From an uncultured virus (IMG/VR IMGVR_UViG_3300018080_000161) (Duplodnaviria > Heunggongvirae > Uroviricota > Caudoviricetes), in the IMG/VR virus record IMGVR_UViG_3300018080_000161: DNA of 64,000 nucleotides. One strand, given 5' to 3'. Positions 26,666 through 33,580 of the stretch are shown piece by piece (the first letter of the stretch is position 1; each line of letters opens with the position of its first letter). The position numbers and the translations under genes are program-made. The notes below the pieces were generated by a model. It was not told where the DNA came from. It worked only from the letters and a program-made list of their open reading frames with translations, and ran no database searches.

Positions 26666-26884
26666 ATGGCCTGCCCGCAAGCTGCTGTCGTGTTGTCCGA
26701 CCTCGAGGACGCCTTCCGGAAGGCGGTGCTCACCGGGGACTGGACGGAGTTTGACTCTACCCGCGACCGGCTCGAGCAGCACTACTCCGACGAGCTCGAG
26801 CGCGTTGGGTCGTCTGGTGACGGCGCCGTCCTTACAAGGCGGGAGAGCGGGGTTCGATCCCCCGAGCGCGCACCGAAGAGGTGA
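26666..26884 (+). CDS. small hypothetical protein reading through tRNA-Val
   Basis: GAGG SD; coding-like 5' half. Confidence 0.35.
   Translation: MACPQAAVVLSDLEDAFRKAVLTGDWTEFDSTRDRLEQHYSDELERVGSSGDGAVLTRRESGVRSPERAPKR
26800..26872 (+). tRNA. tRNA-Val(TAC)
   Basis: GCGCGTT/AGCGCGC acceptor; loop CT-TAC-AA. Confidence 0.85.
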
Positions 26885-26887
26885 AGC

Positions 26888-27502
26888 ATGGCGTTTCTAG
26901 GTATCTCAGTCCCCCGTGAGATCCGACAGCTCCTGAGCGATGTCGAGGTTCCCGGCGACCCGGTCGGCAAGGGTTCGCACCACATCACGCTCGTGTACTT
27001 CGGCGACAAGATCCCGATCGGCGAGGTGTGCAAGGCGATCGAAGCAATAGCTCCGGTCTTCCAGAGCACGGCGCCGTTCCCGGTCGCGGTTGCCGAGGTC
27101 GACTCCTTCCCCGAGAACCCCGACTGGAAGCCTGGTCAGGTCCCGGTCATCGGCAAGGTGCGGAGCGACGAACTACACGAGCTCCGTGGCAAACTCGCCG
27201 AGGCCCTCGACGCGGCCGGCGCGGCGTTCTCCAAGAAGTTCCCCGACTACAACCCGCACGTCACGCTCTCGTACGCCCCGGTGGGAGGCGGCGAGCAACC
27301 TCCGAAGTTCGAGCTCGAGCAGCCCATCACCTGGACGGTCGCAGAAGCCGTCCTGTGGGCCGGTGACGAGGAAGACGACCGATTCGTCGTCCGCTTCGCG
27401 TTGCCGCGCTTAGGGGCCCGTTACGAGTCCGCAGAGGGCAAGCTCGAGGCGATGACGGTCGAGAAGCTCGAGGAAGACCTCGGCAAGCTGCTGCGCGCGT
27501 AG
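26888..27502 (+). CDS. 2H phosphoesterase (2'-5' RNA ligase/ThpR-like)
   Basis: Two HxT motifs: HITLVYFG and PHVTLSY. Confidence 0.85.
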   Translation: MAFLGISVPREIRQLLSDVEVPGDPVGKGSHHITLVYFGDKIPIGEVCKAIEAIAPVFQSTAPFPVAVAEVDSFPENPDWKPGQVPVIGKVRSDELHELRGKLAEALDAAGAAFSKKFPDYNPHVTLSYAPVGGGEQPPKFELEQPITWTVAEAVLWAGDEEDDRFVVRFALPRLGARYESAEGKLEAMTVEKLEEDLGKLLRA

Positions 27503-27565
27503 CCCAACGGCAGAGGCGACCGGCCTAAACCCGGCAAAGTGTGGGTTCGAATCCCTCCGCGTGCA
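27493..27565 (+). tRNA. tRNA-Leu(TAA), short variable arm
   Basis: Cloverleaf; loop CC-TAA-AC (C33). Confidence 0.75.
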
Positions 27566-27581
27566 CCGCGTACGATTTTTC

Positions 27582-27609
27582 TTGACGGTTCGCGTGGGCT
27601 GAGTAGAGT
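27582..27609 (+). promoter_or_regulatory. sigma70-type promoter
   Basis: TTGACG-16-TAGAGT after T-tract. Confidence 0.55.
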
Positions 27610-27615
27610 CCTCCC

Positions 27616-27768
27616 TGTCTTTGGAAACCCCAACCCGAACAGGGTGGGTGGTTCCCGGCTCTCAAAAGGAGCAGAAGGGGCCAGGGTTCGCAGGCTTTCG
27701 GGTTTGCGGGCCAGTGACCAGGACATAGCGAGACCCTGACCCCCGAGACGGAGCCAGGGTTTTCGTGC
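27616..27768 (+). ncRNA. putative multi-branch structured RNA plus terminator-like hairpin
   Basis: TGTCTTTGG/CCAGGACA closing stem, three internal hairpins, then GAGACCCTG...GAGA...CAGGGTTTTC. Confidence 0.45.
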
Positions 27769-27772
27769 GTCT

Positions 27773-27843
27773 GGGGGTGTGGTTCTGGTCGGATCAGGAC
27801 GTCTTATATGCGTCTAGGCCCGGTTCGATTCCGGGCACCCCTA
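27773..27843 (+). tRNA. tRNA-Ile(TAT)
   Basis: GGGGGTG/CACCCCT acceptor, A73; GACGT-CT-TAT-AT-GCGTC. Confidence 0.8.
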
Positions 27844-27844
27844 C

Positions 27845-27873
27845 TTGACAATCCCTCCGGTAGCTGTTACGTT
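27845..27873 (+). promoter_or_regulatory. sigma70-type promoter, leaderless
   Basis: TTGACA-17-TACGTT with extended TG; ATG 7 nt downstream. Confidence 0.7.
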
Positions 27874-27880
27874 GCCGAGC

Positions 27881-28123
27881 ATGATCATGGTGAGCCACAA
27901 CGGGCACCTTCTGCTCGAGGAGCACGACTACGAACTGCTGTCGGAAGAGGATGTGCGGTTCGACTTCGAACTGCGCGGCCCGCGCAACGGCAAGTCGGGG
28001 GACATGGTCGCCATCATCGACACGGACGAGAACAAGAAGCTCGCGTTCGAAGTCCTGCGAAAGATCGAGAAGGGCGGTCGCATTCCAGACGACGCGCGGA
28101 AGGTTTTGATTCGGCGCCTCTAG
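27881..28123 (+). CDS. hypothetical protein
   Basis: Starts at predicted TSS; stop is U8-A9-G10 of tRNA-Val. Confidence 0.65.
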   Translation: MIMVSHNGHLLLEEHDYELLSEEDVRFDFELRGPRNGKSGDMVAIIDTDENKKLAFEVLRKIEKGGRIPDDARKVLIRRL

Positions 28124-28188
28124 CCTTCTGGGAGGGCACGTCCATGACGAGGACGCAGAGGTGGGTTCGATTCCCACGAGGCGCACCA
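28114..28188 (+). tRNA. tRNA-Val(GAC)
   Basis: Cloverleaf with CCA; loop AT-GAC-GA. Confidence 0.85.
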
Positions 28189-28535
28189 TGAGAAAAGCGT
28201 GGAACTGTACGATCTTCCCGGTTTACCAGACGGCTGTCGTGCTCAAGGGCGCAGCGCAGACCAGGTTCTACACGGATCGGGCGGTGGCCGAGAACGTCGC
28301 GATGATTCTCACGGGGATGGGAGGCGAGGTTCACATCACGGACCGCAAGGTGCTTTGCCTCGAGCTCGCCGACGACGAGGGGCTCGACCTCGTTCACTAC
28401 CTGCTCGATCAGACCCAGAGCAGCAAGCCCATCAAGGTCGAGTCCTGGCAGGACGCTAACAAGTGGGCCACCAAGCGGTTGGAAGCGCTCGCGAAGCTCA
28501 CGGACGAAGACAAGGCCGTGCTGGGGTTGAAATGA
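28188..28535 (+). CDS. hypothetical protein
   Basis: ATG shares A of CCA; C-terminal ALAKLTDEDKAVLGL common in phage proteins. Confidence 0.65.
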   Translation: MRKAWNCTIFPVYQTAVVLKGAAQTRFYTDRAVAENVAMILTGMGGEVHITDRKVLCLELADDEGLDLVHYLLDQTQSSKPIKVESWQDANKWATKRLEALAKLTDEDKAVLGLK

Positions 28536-29044
28536 ATCGTCTCCGACTAGTCCGGTTCCCTCGGTGGCACACCATCCAAGACAAGTCTCGGACGGTGATG
28601 CACATGAAGGAGGCTCCCGTCTCCAGCGTCTGTCCCGGCGACATCGTCTTCGCTGTCCCGGCCGGCCACGAGACCGAGACCGAGTTCATCCCCCTGCGGG
28701 TGACGGCGGTCGAGCAAGGCAACCTTCTCGTGCTGCTCACGGACGGGGAAGTCCAGAAGATGGGCTGCTCCCGAGAGGAGTTCGAGAAGAGCTGGCGGGT
28801 TGTCCACAAGGAAAGCATCGACGCCAACCCGAAGGTGCTGCGCATCGAGTTCGAGTACTGCGGCAACCCTTCACGCGAGCTCCGAGAGCAGATCGCCAAG
28901 GAGACGCTTGCCGTGCTGGAGTGCATCGAGAACACGATGCCCAGCGTCGAGCAGGAGATCACGAAGTCGCTCGCCGAGAAGATGAGCGAGGAGATAGACG
29001 CCGAGGTCATCGCGGAGCTCGACGACTTGAGAATTGCGAGATGA
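28532..29044 (+). CDS. hypothetical protein
   Basis: ATGA overlap; C-terminal EQEITKSLAEKMSEEIDAEVI helix. Confidence 0.6.
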   Translation: MNRLRLVRFPRWHTIQDKSRTVMHMKEAPVSSVCPGDIVFAVPAGHETETEFIPLRVTAVEQGNLLVLLTDGEVQKMGCSREEFEKSWRVVHKESIDANPKVLRIEFEYCGNPSRELREQIAKETLAVLECIENTMPSVEQEITKSLAEKMSEEIDAEVIAELDDLRIAR

Positions 29045-29118
29045 GCCAACGTAGCCCAACTGGCAGAGGTAGCCGTTTCAAACGCGGTCAAGTGAGGGTT
29101 CGAATCCCTCCGTTGGCA
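29045..29118 (+). tRNA. tRNA-Leu(CAA), short variable arm
   Basis: Cloverleaf; loop TT-CAA-AC. Confidence 0.85.
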
Positions 29119-29122
29119 CTGA

Positions 29123-29206
29123 GCTCAGGTGGTGGAATGGTAGACACGCCAGTCTCAGGAACTGGTGGCCCTTGTGGCTGTGCGGGTTCGAGTCCCGCTC
29201 TGAGCA
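29123..29206 (+). tRNA. tRNA-Leu(CAG)
   Basis: Long variable arm; loop CT-CAG-GA. Confidence 0.9.
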
Positions 29207-29211
29207 CCCAC

Positions 29212-29299
29212 GCGCGGGTGGTGGAATGGTAGACACGCTTGGTTGAGGGCCAAGTGGGGCATAGTCCCTGTGAGGGTTCGACTCCCTCTCCGCGCACCA
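29212..29299 (+). tRNA. tRNA-Leu(GAG)
   Basis: Long variable arm, CCA; loop TT-GAG-GG. Confidence 0.9.
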
Positions 29300-29529
29300 T
29301 GAACAAGCTGATCGAAGTGAGGGAGAAGAGTGACGAGGTCCACGTCTACCTGGACGGGCACATCGCCGCGAAGCTCCAGAACCTGCTCTGTGCGGCACGC
29401 CCTCGAGGAAGCCAGACTGTCCTCGTGCGGACGCCTGAAGGGGTCCAGGTGAAGCTCACGGTGCACGTGACGTCGGAAGCCAAGACGATTCCTCCCGGCG
29501 AGCGTCACAAGCCCATCAGTTTGAAGTAG
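29299..29529 (+). CDS. hypothetical protein
   Basis: ATG shares A of CCA; ends flush with next tRNA. Confidence 0.6.
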   Translation: MNKLIEVREKSDEVHVYLDGHIAAKLQNLLCAARPRGSQTVLVRTPEGVQVKLTVHVTSEAKTIPPGERHKPISLK

Positions 29530-29603
29530 GCTCGGGTAGCCCAACTGGCAGCGGCAGCGGGTTTAGAACCCGTCCAGTGCGAGTTCGAATCTCGCCCCGA
29601 GCA
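29530..29603 (+). tRNA. tRNA-Leu(TAG), short variable arm
   Basis: Cloverleaf; loop TT-TAG-AA. Confidence 0.85.
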
Positions 29604-29606
29604 CCC

Positions 29607-30086
29607 ATGACCACGAAGCGCGTGAAGAGGAAGAACGGATGGACCGTCGCAGACATGGAACTGCGTCGGCGCTACCTGTGCATCGTGGTGGAGACGGAGG
29701 ACGAAGCAGATTTCCTGATGAGGGACTTGCTGCACCCCTACCCGTCAGATCATCGTTGGAGAGAGCGTCTGAAGGTACGGCCCGTCGTAGACGGCCGGGT
29801 CGTGTTCGAGGAGAAACATCATGAGAAAGAAGAGACGGAGGTAGGTCATGGAAGCGAGAACACTGGTGCTGACGAGCTGGTACATGCCGATCCAGATCAT
29901 CCCGTGGACGGAGGCGATAACGGGCATCTACACGGGGAAGTTCGAGCAGCTCGCGGGGTATCCGGGCCAGTCGGTCCGAAGCCCAAGCGTGGAAATGGAT
30001 CTTCCCGCCGTGATTCGCGTGCGCAAACCGTTCGGCGCGGCGAAGAAGGGCATCAAGTTCTCGCGGACGAACGTCGCGGCTCGTGA
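29607..30086 (+). CDS. hypothetical protein (3' part overlaps HNH gene)
   Basis: ATG just after tRNA; first ~80 codons look coding. Confidence 0.4.
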   Translation: MTTKRVKRKNGWTVADMELRRRYLCIVVETEDEADFLMRDLLHPYPSDHRWRERLKVRPVVDGRVVFEEKHHEKEETEVGHGSENTGADELVHADPDHPVDGGDNGHLHGEVRAARGVSGPVGPKPKRGNGSSRRDSRAQTVRRGEEGHQVLADERRGS

Positions 30087-30357
30087 CGGACACCGCTGCC
30101 AGTACTGCTTGAGGAAGCTGCCGCTGTCGAAGCTCACGTACGACCACGTCATCCCGAAGTGTCAGGGAGGTCTGACGACGTGGACGAACATCGTGATGGC
30201 TTGCAAGGCGTGCAACTCCAAGAAGGACGGCCGCACGCCCGACCAAGCCGGCATGACCCTGCACTGCGTACCGAGGCGCCCGAACAGTCTTCCTCTCGAG
30301 CCGCTGCGTCTGCCCGAGGCCGCGCCCGACATCTGGAAGCAATTCGTAGGGGCCTGA
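29848..30357 (+). CDS. HNH endonuclease (McrA-like)
   Basis: FSRTNV..RD.HRCQYC, TYDHVIP..GG.TTWTNIV.AC..CN..K. Confidence 0.9.
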   Translation: MEARTLVLTSWYMPIQIIPWTEAITGIYTGKFEQLAGYPGQSVRSPSVEMDLPAVIRVRKPFGAAKKGIKFSRTNVAARDGHRCQYCLRKLPLSKLTYDHVIPKCQGGLTTWTNIVMACKACNSKKDGRTPDQAGMTLHCVPRRPNSLPLEPLRLPEAAPDIWKQFVGA

Positions 30358-31235
30358 TGCTCTCGATCGGGAGCCTCTTCTCTGGGATCGGTGGGCTCGA
30401 GCACGGTCTTGAGCTCGCCGGTCTGGGTCCTGTACTCTGGCAAGTCGAACAGAACGAGTTCTGTCGTCGGGTGCTCGAGCAGCACTGGCCGCAGGTTGAC
30501 AGGAGCGTAGTCGATGTCCGAGAAGCCGAAGGGCAACCCCGACCTGACCTGCTGTGTGGGGGATTCCCTTGCCAAGACATTTCCTCCGCAGGTACACGAA
30601 GTGGCCTTGCAGGTTCTCGTAGCGGGCTTTGGTACGAGTTCTCTCGACTCGTTGAGGAACTACATCCGAGGTGGGTCGTCGTCGAAAACGTTGCGTCAGG
30701 CGGCAACAAATGGGTCGATGCCGTCCGACGAGACCTGGAACGGCTCGAGTATGCGAGCCTACCGGTCCCGATTGAAGCAAGGGATGTGGGGGCGCCACAT
30801 GTTCGCGCCCGCATCTTCCTTGTCGCGGCCAACCCCCACCACATGCCCGAGCAGCTCTTCAGGCAGTGGCGCTCCACCCGACCCGAGTCAGCCTACCAGT
30901 CCGCAGCCGACTTCCATCTGGCCGACCCCCACCGTTTCCGACGCGAAATCCTCAAGACGGCAAGGCTACATGTTGAAGGGCAAACCGGGGACCACGCTGA
31001 CGGACGCGCTCCATTCCCATTTCCTCCCGAGTGCGGAGATCAGGCAGCCTGGGGAGCGTACCTCAGTGACGGTGGCCCTGAACCCGGTGTTCGTCGAAGC
31101 CCTCATGGGTTTCATGCCCGGATGGACCGGGCTCGGCTTCGAGCCCTAGGCAACTCCGTCGTTCCCCAGTGCGCCGAGGTGGTCGGGCACATCATCCGCA
31201 ACCTGGACCCGTGCCTTCCTCCATGCAGAGGGTAG
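30357..31235 (+). CDS. DNA cytosine-C5 methyltransferase (alpha-like chain)
   Basis: SLFSGIGG, GGFPCQD, ENV, PHVRARIF, RLRALGNSVVP. Confidence 0.9.
   Translation: MLSIGSLFSGIGGLEHGLELAGLGPVLWQVEQNEFCRRVLEQHWPQVDRSVVDVREAEGQPRPDLLCGGFPCQDISSAGTRSGLAGSRSGLWYEFSRLVEELHPRWVVVENVASGGNKWVDAVRRDLERLEYASLPVPIEARDVGAPHVRARIFLVAANPHHMPEQLFRQWRSTRPESAYQSAADFHLADPHRFRREILKTARLHVEGQTGDHADGRAPFPFPPECGDQAAWGAYLSDGGPEPGVRRSPHGFHARMDRARLRALGNSVVPQCAEVVGHIIRNLDPCLPPCRG
30514..31149 (+). CDS. nested alternate-frame ORF, putative methyltransferase beta chain carrying motif IX
   Basis: AGGAG SD inside the MTase gene; WPTPT and LNPVFVEALMGFMPGWT. Confidence 0.6.
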   Translation: MSEKPKGNPDLTCCVGDSLAKTFPPQVHEVALQVLVAGFGTSSLDSLRNYIRGGSSSKTLRQAATNGSMPSDETWNGSSMRAYRSRLKQGMWGRHMFAPASSLSRPTPTTCPSSSSGSGAPPDPSQPTSPQPTSIWPTPTVSDAKSSRRQGYMLKGKPGTTLTDALHSHFLPSAEIRQPGERTSVTVALNPVFVEALMGFMPGWTGLGFEP

Positions 31236-31278
31236 AGATCGCCTCGTCATTTCTGCTACCGTAAGGGCGAGGTAGACG

Positions 31279-32532
31279 ATGACTAGACAAGGACGAAAGC
31301 GTGGAGCCCCCGCTCCTGATCCGTTGTATGACCACCCGACTGCCCCGGCGGCTCCGGAGCAGGTCGCTCGAGAGGAGAAGGCGAAAACTCCCCCGACTCG
31401 AGCGACGACCGGCATCGACCTACCCGATTTCGAGGAGGTTGCTGTCGAGGACCCGGATGCAGAAGACACCGAGGCAGTCTTCCGTGAGGACGCCTTCGAC
31501 GCGGCTCTGCGCATGGCGTTCATCGGCGCCGGCCAAGGCGGCGGCAGGATCACCGAGGCGTTCAAGCGACTGGGGTATGCTCGAGTCTGCGCCGTGAACA
31601 CGACGAGCCAAGACCTGGTCGACCTCGACGTCCCGCACCAGCTCGTCATCGGCGACAACCGGGGCGGCGCCGGCAAGGACCCCGAGGAGGGACGTCTCGC
31701 TGCCGAGGAGAGCGCCGAGGACATCATGGACCTGCTCATGCGCTCGTGGGGCGACAAGGTCGAGCAGACTTGGATTTGCGTCGGCGCGGGCGGTGGCTCG
31801 GGGACCGGAAGCTGGCCCAAGCTGGTCGACCTGGTGCACGAGTACTGCAAGAGCACCGACATCGAGAAGCCCATCGGCAAGCGCGTCGGCGTCATCATGA
31901 CGATGCCCAAGCGAAGCGAGGGAGCTCGAGTCCAGCGCAACGCTCTGGCGGCCATCAACCAGGCCGTGGAGTTTTCCAAAGAGGGGCGCATCTCGAGCCT
32001 GGTCCTGGTCGACAACGCCAAGATCCACGAGCTCTTCCCCCGGCTCCCGGTCAAGCGCTTCTGGGCTGCGGCCAACCAGAACTTCGCGGCCGTCCTGCAC
32101 ACCTTCAACCTGCTCGCAGCTCAGAACAGCGCCTACAACACGTTCGACCGAGCTGACTTCAGGAGCGTCCTGCGCAACGGTCTGATGATCTTCGGCATGA
32201 CTCGAGTGCACCGCTGGCAGCGCACCGAGGACATCTCCCAGGCCGTTCGCAAGAACCTCGCGGGCACGCTGCTCGCCGAAGGCTTCGACCTCGCTCGAGC
32301 GGACATGGCCGGCGCCATCGTCGTCGCGCACGACTCCGTGCTCGAGGAGATTCCGATGGAGAACATCGACTACGCCTTCAACTCACTCGGGCGCACGCTC
32401 GGCAACGAGGGCATCACGCTCCACAACGGCATCTACGAAGGCAACGCGGAAGGCATCCGCGTGTTCACCATCATCAGTGGGCTCGAACCCCCGATCGAAC
32501 GGCTCGAGGAGCTCGACGTGCTCTCGGCATGA
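31279..32532 (+). CDS. tubulin/FtsZ-family GTPase (PhuZ/TubZ-like)
   Basis: IGAGQGGGRI, VNT, GAGKDP..G, GAGGGSGTG, VDN, FDRADF. Confidence 0.9.
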   Translation: MTRQGRKRGAPAPDPLYDHPTAPAAPEQVAREEKAKTPPTRATTGIDLPDFEEVAVEDPDAEDTEAVFREDAFDAALRMAFIGAGQGGGRITEAFKRLGYARVCAVNTTSQDLVDLDVPHQLVIGDNRGGAGKDPEEGRLAAEESAEDIMDLLMRSWGDKVEQTWICVGAGGGSGTGSWPKLVDLVHEYCKSTDIEKPIGKRVGVIMTMPKRSEGARVQRNALAAINQAVEFSKEGRISSLVLVDNAKIHELFPRLPVKRFWAAANQNFAAVLHTFNLLAAQNSAYNTFDRADFRSVLRNGLMIFGMTRVHRWQRTEDISQAVRKNLAGTLLAEGFDLARADMAGAIVVAHDSVLEEIPMENIDYAFNSLGRTLGNEGITLHNGIYEGNAEGIRVFTIISGLEPPIERLEELDVLSA

Positions 32533-32538
32533 GGAACC

Positions 32539-32874
32539 ATGGACTACGCAAGCAAGATCAACGAGTGCCGCAGGATGCTTGGTGAGGGTGTGACCCCGGA
32601 AGCGAAGAAGTTCGCGGCCGACCTGACCAGCTTTCTCAAGTCGAAGGGCTTCAAGGTCAAGGGCGACATGGGCGGGGCCGTGACGGTCAAGCTCGCCGCT
32701 GCCGACAAGGACAAGCTCGAGAAGGCGCTCAAGAGCAAGTGGAGTGACTCGGGCACCCTCAGTCCGGTGGTGCGCATGGTCGGCCACTTCGCGAAGCCCA
32801 CGCAGCTCGCGGGAGGTCAGATCCAGATCACCTTCAAGCCGGGCGAGCTCAACGACCTTGCTGCGAAGCTGTGA
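32539..32874 (+). CDS. hypothetical protein
   Basis: GAGG SD; shared N-terminal helix. Confidence 0.7.
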   Translation: MDYASKINECRRMLGEGVTPEAKKFAADLTSFLKSKGFKVKGDMGGAVTVKLAAADKDKLEKALKSKWSDSGTLSPVVRMVGHFAKPTQLAGGQIQITFKPGELNDLAAKL

Positions 32875-33116
32875 CCTGCGAGCACGTCTGGGCTGAGATC
32901 ACGGACTTGCCGATCGGAGAACCCAAGGGGCGCTACTGGAAGTGCTCCCGGTGCGACGTCATCGGTTACACGCGGCGCCCCAAGAGCGCCGAGAAGGCCC
33001 GTCCGGTGATTTACCGGTGCTGCCAGCTAGGCTGCACCGAAAGCGCCACCTTGCGCCGTCCTGGGCGCGGGACGAGGGGTAGACTGCTCTGGGTCTGCCC
33101 CGAGCATGGAAGATGA
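32871..33116 (+). CDS. small Cys-rich zinc-binding protein
   Basis: CEH, CSRC, CCQLGC, CPEH. Confidence 0.55.
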   Translation: MTCEHVWAEITDLPIGEPKGRYWKCSRCDVIGYTRRPKSAEKARPVIYRCCQLGCTESATLRRPGRGTRGRLLWVCPEHGR

Positions 33117-33193
33117 ACCTGGCATGGAGCCGGGGCCCGGTTGGAAGCCGGTGCGTGCGACAGCATGGCGTTCGATTCGTCCATCTTCCGCCA
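33108..33193 (+). tRNA. tRNA-Ser(GGA)
   Basis: GGAAGAT/ATCTTCC, G73, CCA; long variable arm. Confidence 0.85.
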
Positions 33194-33357
33194 TGAAACG
33201 AAAGAAGAAGGTCAAGTTGTCTGTCGCGTTGAGCGAAGAAGCCAAGGAGCTTCTCGAGCGAGCCGCGAAGGCCAAGGGTCTGTCTCGGAGTGCCATGATG
33301 GAGCAGTCGGTGCGGTATGCGGTACCACTGCTACGTGAGTCTGGAGGGTACCGCTAA
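33193..33357 (+). CDS. ribbon-helix-helix (CopG-like) DNA-binding protein
   Basis: KLSVALSEEAKELLERAAKAKGLSRSAMME; ATG shares A of CCA. Confidence 0.7.
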   Translation: MKRKKKVKLSVALSEEAKELLERAAKAKGLSRSAMMEQSVRYAVPLLRESGGYR

Positions 33358-33428
33358 GTGGTTGGCAACCGGTTTCGAACACCGGGGCGGCCGAAAGGCT
33401 GGGCGTTCGACTCGTCTACCCTCCTCCA
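33343..33428 (+). tRNA. tRNA-Ser(CGA)
   Basis: Long variable arm, CCA; loop TT-CGA-AC. Confidence 0.9.
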
Positions 33429-33429
33429 T

Positions 33430-33513
33430 GGAAGCTGAAGCGGGAAGGTCTCGCCCCCGTCTGCTAAACGGGTCGCCCCCTGGGTGCCGGTTCGAATCCG
33501 GCTGCTTCCGCCA
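33430..33513 (+). tRNA. tRNA-Ser(GCT)
   Basis: Long variable arm, CCA; loop CT-GCT-AA. Confidence 0.85.
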
Positions 33514-33546
33514 AGATCAAATTACGCGCGCCTCGTTCCGTTGGGC

Positions 33547-33574
33547 TTGACAATCGCCTCCCATGTGATACATT
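33547..33574 (+). promoter_or_regulatory. sigma70-type promoter, leaderless
   Basis: TTGACA-16-TACATT with extended TG; ATG 6 nt downstream. Confidence 0.75.
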
Positions 33575-33580
33575 AGGGGC

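Noticed and set aside
27493..27565. Possible amber suppressor (CTA within loop CCTAAAC)
   Set aside because: With the CCGG/CCGG stem the centred triplet is TAA, the body matches the other short-arm Leu tRNAs, and TAG behaves as a normal stop in this window
28950..29044. Major capsid protein fragment (EQEITKSLAEKMSEEIDAEVI resembles a T4 gp23 helix)
   Set aside because: Only a ~25-aa resemblance in a small ORF; cannot be supported without a search
29848..31235. HNH plus C5 methyltransferase as a restriction-modification pair
   Set aside because: The HNH is of the common stand-alone McrA-like type; adjacency alone is insufficient
23038..33430. CCATG at tRNA-tRNA junctions (23040, 24655, 33428) as start codons
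   Set aside because: Arises from a one-T spacer before G1 of the next tRNA; not counted as CCA-ATG gene starts, and it shows some CCATG can occur by chance
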